Positions 36,173 through 46,344 of a stretch of 64,000 bases of DNA are shown here, piece after piece. The notes beneath the pieces are model-generated. The model made no database searches. It saw only the letters and a program-made list of their open reading frames with translations, and was not told the origin of the DNA. A program made the translations under genes and the position numbers. Positions within the stretch are counted from its first letter, which is position 1. Each line of letters starts with the position of its first letter. The stretch is from an uncultured Eubacteriales bacterium (lineage in GTDB: Bacteria > Bacillota > Clostridia > Christensenellales > CAG-138): the NCBI GenBank assembly GCA_902801845.1, contig CADCJW010000010.1, forward strand, positions 19 through 64,018. Reading direction: 5' to 3'.

Positions 36173-36820
36173 TCACTTCCGTCCCGTGGGGATCTTGTCC
36201 AGGGCCTTGGCCAGCACGAAGGAGAGGACGATGCAGATGATCAGGTCCACCAGCAGGTAGGCCCCGTTGTAGGCGGCGGAGTAGACCCAGGCGTTGCTCC
36301 AGCCCTCGGGCATCCATTCGCCGAAGAAGACGGCCCCGGAGATGATATGGCAGATCCAGCGGCCCGCCACGCCCAGGATGGACCCCAGCTGCAGGTTCTT
36401 CACGCTCCCCGCCAATCCCAGCATCATGAACGCCAGAGGGTAGTCCAGCAGGACCTGGACCCAGTGATAGATCTCCGGCTTCTGGATGAGCTGCAAGAGG
36501 CCGTAGGCCGCCCCGGCGATGAAGCCGTTCCGCATGCCGAACTTGTTGCTGTACCACAGAAGGGGCAGCATGGAGGCCAGCGTCACGCTGCCGCCCAGGG
36601 GCATGGAATAAAGCTTGATATAGCTCAACACGAAGCTCATGGCCATGCACAGGGCGCCGTAGGTCAGGGCGCGCACGTCCGTCTTCCCTTCCTTTTGGGG
36701 CCGCTTGGCAAGATAGATCAGCAGGCCCACCATGACCACCAGGGCGCCGATGGCGAAGCACCACTGGCGGGTGGTCATCTTGCTGAGCTTTTCGATGAGC
36801 ACGAATTCATTCAGAAACAT
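36173..36820 (-). CDS. thiT: Thiamine transporter ThiT (ECF S-component)
   Basis: I moved the start to ATG 36820 (SD GGAGGAAAAG). It is a 6-TM protein and a TPP riboswitch lies immediately upstream. Confidence 0.8.
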   Translation of the reverse strand: MFLNEFVLIEKLSKMTTRQWCFAIGALVVMVGLLIYLAKRPQKEGKTDVRALTYGALCMAMSFVLSYIKLYSMPLGGSVTLASMLPLLWYSNKFGMRNGFIAGAAYGLLQLIQKPEIYHWVQVLLDYPLAFMMLGLAGSVKNLQLGSILGVAGRWICHIISGAVFFGEWMPEGWSNAWVYSAAYNGAYLLVDLIICIVLSFVLAKALDKIPTGRK

Positions 36821-36837
36821 ATCTTTTCCTCCTCCAT

Positions 36838-36985
36838 AAAAAAATCCGCACCGTCGGGCAACGGTACGGAAAAACTGCTCTATGGCGCCGCTTCCTCCGA
36901 TGGCATTACCCAACAGGTTCCAAGGGTACTTCTCAGGCCGACGCGAGGAATATGATTCCGAGCTTCGGTCGCCCCTGCGATCAAG
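36838..36985 (-). promoter_or_regulatory. TPP (THI-box) riboswitch with terminator
   Basis: Minus strand: CAGGGGCGACC...GGCCTGAGAAGTACCCTTGGAACCTGTTGGGTAATGCCATCGGAGGAAGC. The terminator is CCGTACCGT-tgcccg-ACGGTGCGG followed by ATTTTTTT. Confidence 0.85.
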
Positions 36986-37014
36986 AGGAAGTATAGGCTT
37001 TTTTCAATGGTTTG

Positions 37015-37902
37015 TCAAGCCTGCTCGGCCTTCTCCCCTTGTCGGTCCAAGAAGAGGGCCAACGCAAAGCCCAGGACCAGGGTGACGCAGCCCGCGACGA
37101 TATGGCCCGTACCCATGGCGGAGAAGTCCAGGCCGGACTTGATGAAGATGGGATAGGGAGAGGCCAGCATCAAGCCCATGATGGCGTAGTAGGTGGGGAC
37201 GGGATGATGGCCCAGGAGCCACTTGATCCACCGGCTCACCAGCAAAAGCCCCACCAGGGCGCCCACGGCGAAGAAGCCCAGGGCGAACACGTGGTCCCAG
37301 GGGATGGCGGCCCCGGAGAGGCCCCCCTTCACGATGTCCTTGAGGCCCGTGATGTGGCCGATGATGTCGTTATAGTAGCCCAGCACCAGCATGACCATGG
37401 AGCCGGAGATGCCCGGCACGATCATGGTGCCCGCGCCGATGAAGCCCAAAATCAGGGCCATGAGGGCGCCGGTGACGCTCATGGTCAGCCGCCCTTCGCC
37501 GCCCGCCTTGCTGGACAGGTGGGGCAGAGCGATCATGATGACCACCATCAGCACGAAGAGGATGGCCCCCACAAGGCTGAACTTCTCCCCCTTCACCTTC
37601 TTGTAGAGCATGGGGAGGCTCCCCAGGATCATGCCGATGAAGCACAGGGCCGTCTCGAAGAGATACCGCTCCATGAGCCACTTGATGATGAAAGCGAGGC
37701 CCAGGATGCCCACCACGATGCCGATGCCGTAGGGGATCAAAAAGAAGATGGCCGCCCGCCGGACCTTCTTGTCCCGGCTGGTGATGGAGATGGCCTGCTC
37801 GTAGATGCCCATGGTCATGATCATGGACCCGCCGCTGACCCCGGGGATCAGCACGGCCAACCCCACGAGGATCCCTTTAAGAATAGCAATCACGTATTTC
37901 AT
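37015..37902 (-). CDS. DUF368 family membrane protein
   Basis: I moved the start to ATG 37902. It has the duplicated motifs 'IPGVSGGSMIM' and 'VPGISGSMVML'. Confidence 0.75.
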   Translation of the reverse strand: MKYVIAILKGILVGLAVLIPGVSGGSMIMTMGIYEQAISITSRDKKVRRAAIFFLIPYGIGIVVGILGLAFIIKWLMERYLFETALCFIGMILGSLPMLYKKVKGEKFSLVGAILFVLMVVIMIALPHLSSKAGGEGRLTMSVTGALMALILGFIGAGTMIVPGISGSMVMLVLGYYNDIIGHITGLKDIVKGGLSGAAIPWDHVFALGFFAVGALVGLLLVSRWIKWLLGHHPVPTYYAIMGLMLASPYPIFIKSGLDFSAMGTGHIVAGCVTLVLGFALALFLDRQGEKAEQA

Positions 37903-37995
37903 AGCCCCGCCATTGTACCCCATGGCCGTCCGTTCGTCAAGAAAGGACCGGCTTGCGGGGAAAATGTTTACAAGTCCCGGTCCCCAAGGGCCCCG

Positions 37996-38029
37996 GGCAA
38001 AGAAAAAGCCGGGAGGATCTCCCGGCTTT
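37996..38029 (-). terminator. Rho-independent terminator after the TRAP permease
   Basis: Minus strand: AAAGCCGGGAG-atc-CTCCCGGCTTT followed by TTCTTTG. Confidence 0.65.
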
Positions 38030-38046
38030 GGCTCGAAGGGAAGGGG

Positions 38047-40056
38047 TCACGCCTGAGCGGGCGTGGCGGTGTGCTTCTTGGAGAGCAGGTACTGGATGAC
38101 GATCACGCCGGCCACGATCACCAGGCCCACGATATCGGTCCAGGTGGAGGGTGCCAGCAGCATCAGGCCGCCCACGATGGCCAGGATACGCATGTACCAG
38201 GTCATGTTGGTGAAGGTGAAGCCCGCCAGACCCGAGGCCACGCCGTAGATGCCGATGACGGAGGTGATGCAGATGAGGACCACCTGATACCAGGTCACGC
38301 CGCCCACGAACATCATGGTGGGATCCATGGCGAAGATGTAGGGCACGATGAACGCCGCTATGGCGAGCCGTGTGGCGTTGACGCCTGTCTTCATGGGGTC
38401 GGACTTGGCGATGGCCGAGCCTGCGTAGGCAGCCAAGGCCACGGGCGGGGTGATGTCCGCCACGATGCCGAAGTAGAACACGAAGAAGTGGGCCGCGATG
38501 ATGGGCACGCCCATCTTGATGAGGATGGGGGCGCAGGTGGAGGCCATGATGCAGTAGTTGGCCGTGGTGGGCACGCCCATGCCCAGCACGATGCAGCAGA
38601 GCATGGTGAAGAACAGGGCGATGATCAGCTTATCCCCGGCGATCCGGATGATGAAGGAGATGATCTGGGACGCGAGGCCCGTCATGGCGATGCAGCCCGC
38701 CACGCAGCCCGCGATGCCGCAGGCCGCGATGATGGAGATGCAGCTCTTGCCGCCGTTAGCGAGGGCGTCGAAGAACTTCATGGGCGTGATCCGGTTTTCC
38801 TTATTGAACAGGCTCACCACGATGCAGGCCACGATGGCGGTGGCGGCGGAGAAAGCCATGGTCTTCAGATTCATGGACACCATGACCACCAGGATGATCA
38901 GCGGCAGCAGCAGATACGCCTTTTTGATGAGCTTGGAGAACACGGGCAGCTGATCCTTGGGGATGCCGCGCAGGCCGGTGCGCTTGGCTTCCAGATGGAC
39001 GGCGATGAAGATGCCCATGAAGTATAGCGCCGCGGGCAGGATGGCCCGGACGATGATGCTGGAATAGGGCACGCCCACGTAGTCGATCATCAGGAAGGCT
39101 GCGGCGCCCATGACCGGGGGCATGATCTGTCCGCCCGTGGAGGCAGCCGCTTCCACGGCGCCGGCGAACTCAGGCCGATAGCCGGTCTTCTTCATCATGG
39201 GGATGGTCACGGAGCCGGTGGTCACCGTGTTGCCCACGGAGGAGCCGGAGACCATGCCGCAGAGAGCGGAGGAGATGACCGCCACCTTGGCGGGACCGCC
39301 GCTGGCGGAACCCGCCAGGGAGTTGGCCAGCTGGATGAAGAAGTCGGAGATGCCGGTCCGCTCCAGGAAGGCGCCGAAGATGATGAACACGGCGATATAC
39401 TTGGAGCACACGTCGATGGGCGTGGTGAAGATGCCGGTGGTGGTATAGAAGAGCCGATAGATCATGGTCTTCAACGCGCCCAGGAAGCCCAGCTTCTGAG
39501 AGAAGAAGTAGAGGGCGTAGCACACGAAGAAGGCCGCCACGCACAGGATGGGGATGCCCACGCTCCGGCGGCACAGCTCTGCGAGAGCCAAAATGCCGAT
39601 GGCGCCGATGACATACTCATACCAGGCGAAGTAGATGCCCTGTTTGATGATGGCCTGGGCGTTGAACACGAAGTAGAAGAAGGCGGCCGTGCCCAGGATC
39701 ATGATGATCCAATCGTACCAGGGGATGTGGTTGATCTTCTGCTTGCCCTTTCTGGCGGGATAGACCAGATAGCCCATCAGGATGCCGAGGCCCACGAAGC
39801 TGGGCAGCCGGACCTGGTCCAGGAGGGTGGCGAACAGGGTGACGTAGATGGTGTACACGGAGAAGGCGGCCAGGATGCCCTTCACGGCGTATTCCTGCCA
39901 GCCGCTCCAGATCCGGACGTTGCTTTCCGGATCGTAGTTCTTCATGATCTCATCCACTTCCTCCTGGGAGACCACGTCGAATTCGCCCCGCTCGTGCTTG
40001 GGCTTCATTTCCGGCGCGTCCACGACGCCGGCCTTGCGTTTTCTGTTCAATGGCAT
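38047..40056 (-). CDS. TRAP transporter fused permease (4TM/12TM, TAXI-type)
   Basis: Polytopic protein of 669 aa with DctM-like segments 'GSASGGPAKVAVISSALCGMVSGSSVGN' and 'AAASTGGQIMPPVMGAAAF'. Confidence 0.85.
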   Translation of the reverse strand: MPLNRKRKAGVVDAPEMKPKHERGEFDVVSQEEVDEIMKNYDPESNVRIWSGWQEYAVKGILAAFSVYTIYVTLFATLLDQVRLPSFVGLGILMGYLVYPARKGKQKINHIPWYDWIIMILGTAAFFYFVFNAQAIIKQGIYFAWYEYVIGAIGILALAELCRRSVGIPILCVAAFFVCYALYFFSQKLGFLGALKTMIYRLFYTTTGIFTTPIDVCSKYIAVFIIFGAFLERTGISDFFIQLANSLAGSASGGPAKVAVISSALCGMVSGSSVGNTVTTGSVTIPMMKKTGYRPEFAGAVEAAASTGGQIMPPVMGAAAFLMIDYVGVPYSSIIVRAILPAALYFMGIFIAVHLEAKRTGLRGIPKDQLPVFSKLIKKAYLLLPLIILVVMVSMNLKTMAFSAATAIVACIVVSLFNKENRITPMKFFDALANGGKSCISIIAACGIAGCVAGCIAMTGLASQIISFIIRIAGDKLIIALFFTMLCCIVLGMGVPTTANYCIMASTCAPILIKMGVPIIAAHFFVFYFGIVADITPPVALAAYAGSAIAKSDPMKTGVNATRLAIAAFIVPYIFAMDPTMMFVGGVTWYQVVLICITSVIGIYGVASGLAGFTFTNMTWYMRILAIVGGLMLLAPSTWTDIVGLVIVAGVIVIQYLLSKKHTATPAQA

Positions 40057-40100
40057 GGAGCTGACCTCCGAAAAAAAGTTTTTGAAACGGGGATGGAAGG

Positions 40101-40154
40101 ATATAAAAGGGCAGGAGCCGCCGCGCTTCCCGAAAGAAACGATGGGGCTCCTGC
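40101..40154 (-). terminator. Intra-operon hairpin/terminator between the TAXI binding protein and the permease
   Basis: Minus strand: GCAGGAGCC-(26 nt)-GGCTCCTGC followed by CCTTTTATAT. Confidence 0.45.
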
Positions 40155-40183
40155 GTATTCAGTTCAGCCTATTTTCGGGTCCA

Positions 40184-41176
40184 TTATTTGCCCGTGTCCA
40201 CGGTGATGCCCTTCTCGGCGAAGTACTTGGCAGCGCCGGGATGGAAGGGGATGGCCATGCCGTCGGTGGCGAAGTTGAGGTCCAGCTCAGCGCCCTTGGC
40301 GTGGGCCTTGGTGATCTCTTCCTTGCCCTCGAAGATGGTCTTCACGATGGCGTAGGCCACGTCGTCAGACACGGAGGCATCGGCAACCAGGGTGGCCTTC
40401 ACGGTCACGGTCTGGCAGTCTTCGGGGGTCTTGTAGACGTCCTTGCCGATGATGTACTTGGCATAGAAGGGGCAGTCGGCGATGAGCTTGGTGATGTGCT
40501 CGTCGTCGATGGAAACCAGGTACACGGTCTTGGCGGTGCCCAGGTCGACCACGGAAGTGGTGGGGGCGCCGGCGCACAGGAAGGCGGCGTCGATCTTGCC
40601 GTCCTTAAGGCTCTCGGTGGAGGCGCCGAAGGACTGGAAGATGGGCTCGATATCCTTCTCGATGTCCATGCCGTAGGCGTTGAACACGTCGGTGGCGTTG
40701 AAGTAGGTGCCGGAGTTCACGTCACCCACGCAGACCTTCTTGCCCTTCAGATCGGCAACGGTCTTGATGTCGGGGTTGGTGGTGACGATCTGCACGGTCT
40801 CAGGATAGAGGCCGGCCAGGATCCGGACGTTGGGGACCTTGCCCGTCTGCTCGAAGGAACGGGTGCCGTTGAAGGCATAGGTCATAACGTCGGACTGAAC
40901 GGTGGCCAGCTGGTAGACGCCGGCAGCCATGTTCTGCAGGTTGTCGCCGGAACCGCCGGTGGAAACCACGTTCACGTTCATGAGGTCGGGATTCTTCTCG
41001 TTCAGCACGTTCGCCAGAACGCCGCCAACCGCGAAGTAGGTGCCGGACTCACCGCCGGTGCCCATGGTCAGGGCCGCCTTCTTGGCGGCGGGGGCGCCAG
41101 CTTCCGTCTTAGTGCCGCAGGCCACGGCGGAGACGGCCAGAACCAGAACCAGAACGATTGCCAGGAACTTTTTCAT
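40184..41176 (-). CDS. TAXI family TRAP transporter solute-binding lipoprotein
   Basis: I moved the start to ATG 41176. Lipobox AVSAVACG. 'MGTGGESGTYFAVGGVLANV' is typical of TAXI proteins. Confidence 0.85.
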   Translation of the reverse strand: MKKFLAIVLVLVLAVSAVACGTKTEAGAPAAKKAALTMGTGGESGTYFAVGGVLANVLNEKNPDLMNVNVVSTGGSGDNLQNMAAGVYQLATVQSDVMTYAFNGTRSFEQTGKVPNVRILAGLYPETVQIVTTNPDIKTVADLKGKKVCVGDVNSGTYFNATDVFNAYGMDIEKDIEPIFQSFGASTESLKDGKIDAAFLCAGAPTTSVVDLGTAKTVYLVSIDDEHITKLIADCPFYAKYIIGKDVYKTPEDCQTVTVKATLVADASVSDDVAYAIVKTIFEGKEEITKAHAKGAELDLNFATDGMAIPFHPGAAKYFAEKGITVDTGK

Positions 41177-41227
41177 GATAGATCTCCTTTTTTCGTTTTC
41201 TTTGCCGGGGGATGATCCGGCTCTTTT

Positions 41228-41256
41228 ATTGTATGGCAAAGCAATAAAAATTGCAA
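41228..41256 (-). promoter_or_regulatory. Promoter of the TAXI-TRAP operon
   Basis: Minus strand: TTGCAA, 17-nt spacer, TACAAT. Confidence 0.6.
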
Positions 41257-41356
41257 GGTGTTTTAGCTATTTTATATCTCTTTTTCGAAATAAACATACC
41301 GGGGCGCCCTCTCTCGGACGCCCCGATACAAACGGATATATCCAAAGTTTTTCGCC

Positions 41357-42655
41357 TCAGGAAAGCAGCCGCCTGGCCGCCTGCCGGGCCTCGAAGAGGA
41401 TGCGGTCCCGATCCATGGTCAGATATTCCCCGTTTTCGTAGAGGACGCGGCCGTCCACCATGGTCATAACGACGTCCGCCCCCTGGGCCGAATAGACCAG
41501 GTTCGAAATAGGATCGATGGCGGGAACGAGGTGGGGTCGATCCGTGTCCAGGGCAACGATATCCGCCTTGTTGCCAACGGTTAAAACGCCCGTATCGGTC
41601 CGGCCCTGGAGCCGGGCTCCGTTCACCGTGGCCATCTGCAGCACCTGGCCGGGGGACAGGAGGGTGGGGTCCCGACGGACGCCCTTGTGGAGGAGGGAGA
41701 CCAGGTGCATCTCCTCGATCAGGTTCAGATTGTTGTTGCTGGCGGGGCCGTCGGTGCCCAGAGCCACGGCCACGCCTTCGCGGATAAGGGCGGGCACGTC
41801 CGCCACGCCGCTGCCCAGCTTCAGGTTGCTTTCGGGGCAGTGGACCACGGTGACGCCCCGTTCCTTCAGCAGCGCCCGGTCCTCCGTCGTGAGCCAAACG
41901 CCGTGGGCGGCATAGGCCCGACCGGAAAAAGCGCCCAGGCTGTCGAACCAGCGGGCGGGGGTCATGCCGTACTTTTCCACGCAGGCCTGCTGCTCCGCCT
42001 CCGTCTCCGACAGGTGGATATGCATGCCGGCGCCCCGGCGCCGGGCTTCCTCGGCGGCGGCGCGGACCATTTTCTTGGTGCAGGTGTATTCGGCGTGGAT
42101 GGAGAAATCCACCTGGATCCGGCCATTCCCGGCCCCGTTCCATTGATCGTAGAGGGAGAGCATCTCCTGCATCCGGCGGCAGGTCATGGGGTCCTCCTCC
42201 GGGTCGAAGGACTGCAGGGGGCGGCACAGGTTGGCCTTCATGCCCGCGTCCAGCACCGCCTGGGCGGTGTAGCCCGCGCCCATGTACATGTCCGTGAAGG
42301 CGGTGGTGCCGGAGGAAAGCATCTCCAGCATGGCGAGCTCCATGCCGATTTTAAGGTCCTCATCCGTGAGCCGGTCCTCCACGGGGAACACCGTGTCGAA
42401 CAGCCACTCCTTCAGGGGCAGATCGCTCCCCAGGCCCCGCAAAAGGCTCATGCCCGTGTGGGTGTGACCGTTGACCAGGCCCGGCAGCAGGAGCGTATGG
42501 GTCATGTCCCTGGTTTCGTCGTAGGCGAGCGCGGGGGGGGCCGTGCCGATATAGTCGATCCTGTCCCCGTCGATGCCCAGATACCCGTTTTTCAGGCAGC
42601 GAAAGCCGCCGTTCTCCCAGGCAAGGACGTCCGCACCTTTCAGCAAGCGTTTCAT
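41357..42655 (-). CDS. mtaD: Amidohydrolase, 5-methylthioadenosine/S-adenosylhomocysteine deaminase-like
   Basis: 'LLPGLVNGHTHTGMSLLRGLGSDLPLKEWL' (HxH metal site) and 'HCPESNLKLGSG'. Confidence 0.8.
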   Translation of the reverse strand: MKRLLKGADVLAWENGGFRCLKNGYLGIDGDRIDYIGTAPPALAYDETRDMTHTLLLPGLVNGHTHTGMSLLRGLGSDLPLKEWLFDTVFPVEDRLTDEDLKIGMELAMLEMLSSGTTAFTDMYMGAGYTAQAVLDAGMKANLCRPLQSFDPEEDPMTCRRMQEMLSLYDQWNGAGNGRIQVDFSIHAEYTCTKKMVRAAAEEARRRGAGMHIHLSETEAEQQACVEKYGMTPARWFDSLGAFSGRAYAAHGVWLTTEDRALLKERGVTVVHCPESNLKLGSGVADVPALIREGVAVALGTDGPASNNNLNLIEEMHLVSLLHKGVRRDPTLLSPGQVLQMATVNGARLQGRTDTGVLTVGNKADIVALDTDRPHLVPAIDPISNLVYSAQGADVVMTMVDGRVLYENGEYLTMDRDRILFEARQAARRLLS

Positions 42656-42689
42656 GATCGTCTCCTTTTAGAGAGGTATGTATTAAAGC

Positions 42690-42720
42690 GGACCACCTTT
42701 CTTGAAAGAAAGGTGGTTCC
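42690..42720. repeat. Y/R hairpin element (variant)
   Basis: GGACCACCTTTCTT-ga-AAGAAAGGTGGTTCC with one bulge. A half-copy, CTCTTTTTCGGTTCC, lies at 42778-42793 next to the DUF4349 stop. Confidence 0.5.
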
Positions 42721-42797
42721 AAAGAACTTCAAAAGGGGAATACAGTATCGGTACGGACCCATATATCCCCTTAAGTATCTCTTTTTCGGTTCCAGCC

Positions 42798-43853
42798 TTA
42801 TTTCGTCTCCTTCGTCCCCTGCTCCTTCGCCTGGGCCTCCTGGTACGCCTTCTGCCGCTTCAGGGCCCGGCGGCGCTCCCGCTGCGCGCGGCGCTTGGGC
42901 GCGCCCTTCACGATCAGCACCACGACGAGGACGATGACGCCCAGGAACACGATCCAAACCAGGATCACCGGCAGATCGGACACGAAGTTGATGCCGAACC
43001 GGGCCGCGCCCTCCTTCACGTCCTCCCAGTTCTCCTTGAACCGGCGGGCGATCTCCTGGGCGGCGGTCTCCTTCTCCACGGTGGTCTCCCGGGCCACCTC
43101 CTGGATGCTGAGGTGCACGGAGGAGTAGGTGATCTGATCGTCGAAGGTGCGGAGGGTGGATTCGTAGCTCTCGATCTCATAGAGCACGTCGGACAGCCGG
43201 TTTTGGATGAGGATGATGTCCTCCACCTCCTGGGCCTTCTTGAGCAGCTCCATCAGCGTCTCCTGCTCGGTCCGGAGGGCCTTCACGTGGCTCTCCAGGT
43301 CCACATAGGTCAAGGTCACGTCCCGGGTGTACAGATTCTTATAGGTCACGTTCCCAAGATCCGACATCTGGTCGCAGAAGCTGTCCAGACTCTCCGCAGG
43401 GATCCGGGCGGTCACCTCCGCGGACCGCATCCGGTTCTTGTTGTAGCTGTTCCCGTTGACGCTGGACGCTTCCACATACCCGCCCACGGCGGCGATGGCC
43501 CGGTTCAGGCTCGTCAAGAACTCGTCGAACTCCCGGGTCTGGATGGACAGGTCCCCGTTTTTGATGATCTTCCGGCCCGCGGCGTTCCCGGTCAAATTCT
43601 CCGCTGTTCCATCGTCCTGGGCGCTGGTGGTGGACACCATGCCGGCGGCCTTGGCCGACTTGGCGTTGGAGCTGAGGGCGTACCCCTCGTCCATGACCGC
43701 AGCCTCCATGGGCATCTCCACGTCGTAGGCCGCCTCGGGCTCGGCGTAATACCCGTACTCCCGGGCGCTGGTCGACTTATGGCTGCAGCCCACGAACATC
43801 AGAGCCAGGCTCAACGCCAGCAGCATGGCGACAAAAGCTTTCACGCGCTTCAT
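42798..43853 (-). CDS. DUF4349-like lipoprotein with a C-terminal TM anchor
   Basis: I moved the start to ATG 43853. The lipobox is MFVGC. A coiled-coil-rich middle is followed by the C-terminal TM helix 'LPVILVWIVFLGVIVLVVVLIV' and a basic tail. Confidence 0.65.
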   Translation of the reverse strand: MKRVKAFVAMLLALSLALMFVGCSHKSTSAREYGYYAEPEAAYDVEMPMEAAVMDEGYALSSNAKSAKAAGMVSTTSAQDDGTAENLTGNAAGRKIIKNGDLSIQTREFDEFLTSLNRAIAAVGGYVEASSVNGNSYNKNRMRSAEVTARIPAESLDSFCDQMSDLGNVTYKNLYTRDVTLTYVDLESHVKALRTEQETLMELLKKAQEVEDIILIQNRLSDVLYEIESYESTLRTFDDQITYSSVHLSIQEVARETTVEKETAAQEIARRFKENWEDVKEGAARFGINFVSDLPVILVWIVFLGVIVLVVVLIVKGAPKRRAQRERRRALKRQKAYQEAQAKEQGTKETK

Positions 43854-43923
43854 GTTTTGTTTCCTCCCTTGTGGTGTCTTCACCTACAACACCGGCTGGG
43901 GCGGGCGCAGGTTGCAGCGGGCC

Positions 43924-46344
43924 TCAAATTTTTCCCGCCAGCACCGGCCGCACGCTCACCACGTCGTCGTCCAGGAGCACCTGCACCGCCATGGTCCCCT
44001 TACTGAACCGATCCTCCAGCCGCAGCTGCTCCGTGTTCAGGTTCGTCTCCGGGCTCCGCCGCTGGACGATGACGATATCGTAGGGCTCCTTCACCGGCGC
44101 GGCCCAGACGAGCCGGGTGCCGTTGCTGCCCTTCTTGTTGAAGTCGAAGGTCTTGAGACCCTTCCCGCCCCGGCCCTGGGGCTCGTACTCAAAGAGGAAG
44201 GACCGCTTGGAGAACCCCCGGTCCGTGACCAGGGCCAGCTCCCCTTCGTCGTCGGTCTGCCCGGCGTAAAGGACCCTGTCCCCGTCGTCCAGCTTGATCC
44301 CCCGCACGCCCGAGGACACCCGGCCCATGCCGGGCACCTCCTGGGCCTCGAAACGGATGGACATGCCCTTCTCCGTCACCATCAGGATGGAGAGGCCGTT
44401 GGCCTTCTCCACGCCGATCAATTTGTCCTTATCCTTCAAGTTCAGGGCCGCGGTCCGCTTCACCCGCACGGCGTACTCCTGGCAGGCGGTCCGCTTCACC
44501 GCGCCGCCCGCGGTATAGAAGAGGTAGTCCCCCTCCCCGTCCTCGCCGAAGACGGCCACGATCTGCTCGTTCTTCTCGAAGGCCAGGAGCGAAGTGAGGC
44601 TCACCGCCCGGGCCGTGGGCCGGGTCTCGGGGATGTCCGCCACGTTCAGGATCAGCATATCCCCCCGGTCCGTGAACAGACGGAGCTTCCCGTCGCCCAT
44701 GACCTTCATCACCCGCCAGGGCTTGTCGGCGCTGATCTCCCCCAGGGTGAAGAGCCGGGAGGGCCACTTGCGCACCTTCAGATCCGCACAGAAGGCCACG
44801 GCCATCTCCTCCGTCACCGGCGTCCCCTCCTCCGGCAGCTCGATCCGGGTGTCCCCCTTCACGATCTGGGTCCGGCGGGGGATGGGGAAGAGCTTCTTGA
44901 TGTCCAAAAGCTCCTTCTTAATGAGGGCCATGAGCTTCCGATCGGAGGCCAGTATCCCTTCCAGCTCGGCGATCCGCCGCTGGACGTCGTGATACTCCTT
45001 CTCGATGGCCACCAATTCCAAATTCGTGAGCCGCTGCAGGCGCAGATCCAGAATGGCTTGGGCCTGGACCTCGGAAAGGCCGTATTTCGCCATCAGCTTC
45101 TCCTTGGCCTCCTTGGGGGACTTGCTGCCCCGAATGAGCTTGATGACCGCGTCCACGTGGTCCACCGCCACCATGAGGCCCTCCAGGATGTGCTCCCGGC
45201 GGCGGGCCGTCTCCAGCTCGCACTTTGTACGCCGGGTGATCACATTCCGCTGATGGCCGATGAAGTATTTGAGGATGCTCTTAAGGTCCAGCTGCTGGGG
45301 CTTGCCCTCGGCGATGGCGGTCATGTTCACGCCGAAGGTGCACTGGAGATCCGAATACTTGAACAGAGCCTGGAGGATCTTCTCCGGGTCCGCGTCCTTC
45401 TTCACCTCGATGACCGCCCGCATGCCCTGCCGGTCCGATTCGTCCCGGATGTCGGCGACACCGGAGAACATGGCCTTCTTCTCCTGGGTCACGGCCAAAA
45501 TCTTTTGCAGGGCCGCCGCCTTGTTGATGCCGTAGGGGATCTCGGTGATGACGATGAGGGTCTTCCCGTTCTTCAGCTGTTCGAAGTGGGTCTTGGCCCG
45601 CATGGTCAGCTTCCCCCGGCCCGTTTCATAGGCCGTGGCCAGCTCCGTCGAGTCGATGAGGTAGCCCCCCGTGGGGAAGTCCGGCCCGGGCATGATCTCC
45701 ATGAGCTTTTTGAGGCTCACCCGGGGATCGTCGATCATGGCTATCGCCGCGTCGATGGCCTCCCCCGGGTTATGGGGCGGGATGTTGGTGGCGAGGCCCA
45801 CGGCGATGCCCGTGGCCCCGTTGATGAGCAGGTTGGGGAACCGACCGGGTAACAGGTCCGGCTCCTTTAGGGTGTCGTCGAAGTTCAACGAGTAATCCAC
45901 CGTATCGAGGTCGATGTCCCTGAGGAGCTGCATGGCCGCGTTGGTCATCCTGGCCTCGGTGTACCGCATGGCGGCGGCGGAGTCCCCGTCGATGGAGCCG
46001 AAGTTGCCGTGGCCGTCCACCAGGGGCAAACTCATGGCGAAGGGCTGGGCCATGTGGACCATGGCCTCGTAGACGGAGCTGTCGCCGTGGGGGTGGTATT
46101 TGCCCAGGCAGTCGCCCACGATACGGGCGCTCTTACGGTGGGGCTTGTCCGGGGACAGGCCCAGCTCCATCATGGTGTAGAGGATGCGCCGCTGAACGGG
46201 CTTCAGACCGTCCTCCACCCGAGGCAGGGCCCGCTCCAAAATAACGTGCTCCGCATAGGGGATCATGGAGTCGTGCATGACCTCGTCCATGCTGCGGTAG
46301 AGGATGATCTCCTCCTTCTTCGGTTCTTCAGGATTCTTTTTCAT
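43924..46344 (-). CDS. Type IIA DNA topoisomerase subunit A (GyrA/ParC family)
   Basis: '[19 protein letters not shown]', '[16 protein letters not shown]' and '[10 protein letters not shown]' (catalytic Tyr). A QGRGGKG GyrA-box-like motif sits late in the C-terminal domain. Confidence 0.88.
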   Translation of the reverse strand: MKKNPEEPKKEEIILYRSMDEVMHDSMIPYAEHVILERALPRVEDGLKPVQRRILYTMMELGLSPDKPHRKSARIVGDCLGKYHPHGDSSVYEAMVHMAQPFAMSLPLVDGHGNFGSIDGDSAAAMRYTEARMTNAAMQLLRDIDLDTVDYSLNFDDTLKEPDLLPGRFPNLLINGATGIAVGLATNIPPHNPGEAIDAAIAMIDDPRVSLKKLMEIMPGPDFPTGGYLIDSTELATAYETGRGKLTMRAKTHFEQLKNGKTLIVITEIPYGINKAAALQKILAVTQEKKAMFSGVADIRDESDRQGMRAVIEVKKDADPEKILQALFKYSDLQCTFGVNMTAIAEGKPQQLDLKSILKYFIGHQRNVITRRTKCELETARRREHILEGLMVAVDHVDAVIKLIRGSKSPKEAKEKLMAKYGLSEVQAQAILDLRLQRLTNLELVAIEKEYHDVQRRIAELEGILASDRKLMALIKKELLDIKKLFPIPRRTQIVKGDTRIELPEEGTPVTEEMAVAFCADLKVRKWPSRLFTLGEISADKPWRVMKVMGDGKLRLFTDRGDMLILNVADIPETRPTARAVSLTSLLAFEKNEQIVAVFGEDGEGDYLFYTAGGAVKRTACQEYAVRVKRTAALNLKDKDKLIGVEKANGLSILMVTEKGMSIRFEAQEVPGMGRVSSGVRGIKLDDGDRVLYAGQTDDEGELALVTDRGFSKRSFLFEYEPQGRGGKGLKTFDFNKKGSNGTRLVWAAPVKEPYDIVIVQRRSPETNLNTEQLRLEDRFSKGTMAVQVLLDDDVVSVRPVLAGKI

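Noticed and set aside
37012-39027. A 671-aa plus-strand ORF over DUF368 and the TRAP permease, plus 39944-41215 (+), 41687-42937 (+) and 42702-44006 (+).
   Set aside because: All are antisense to membrane or enzyme genes with recognisable motifs. Their composition is dominated by G/H/D/A/E/P runs.
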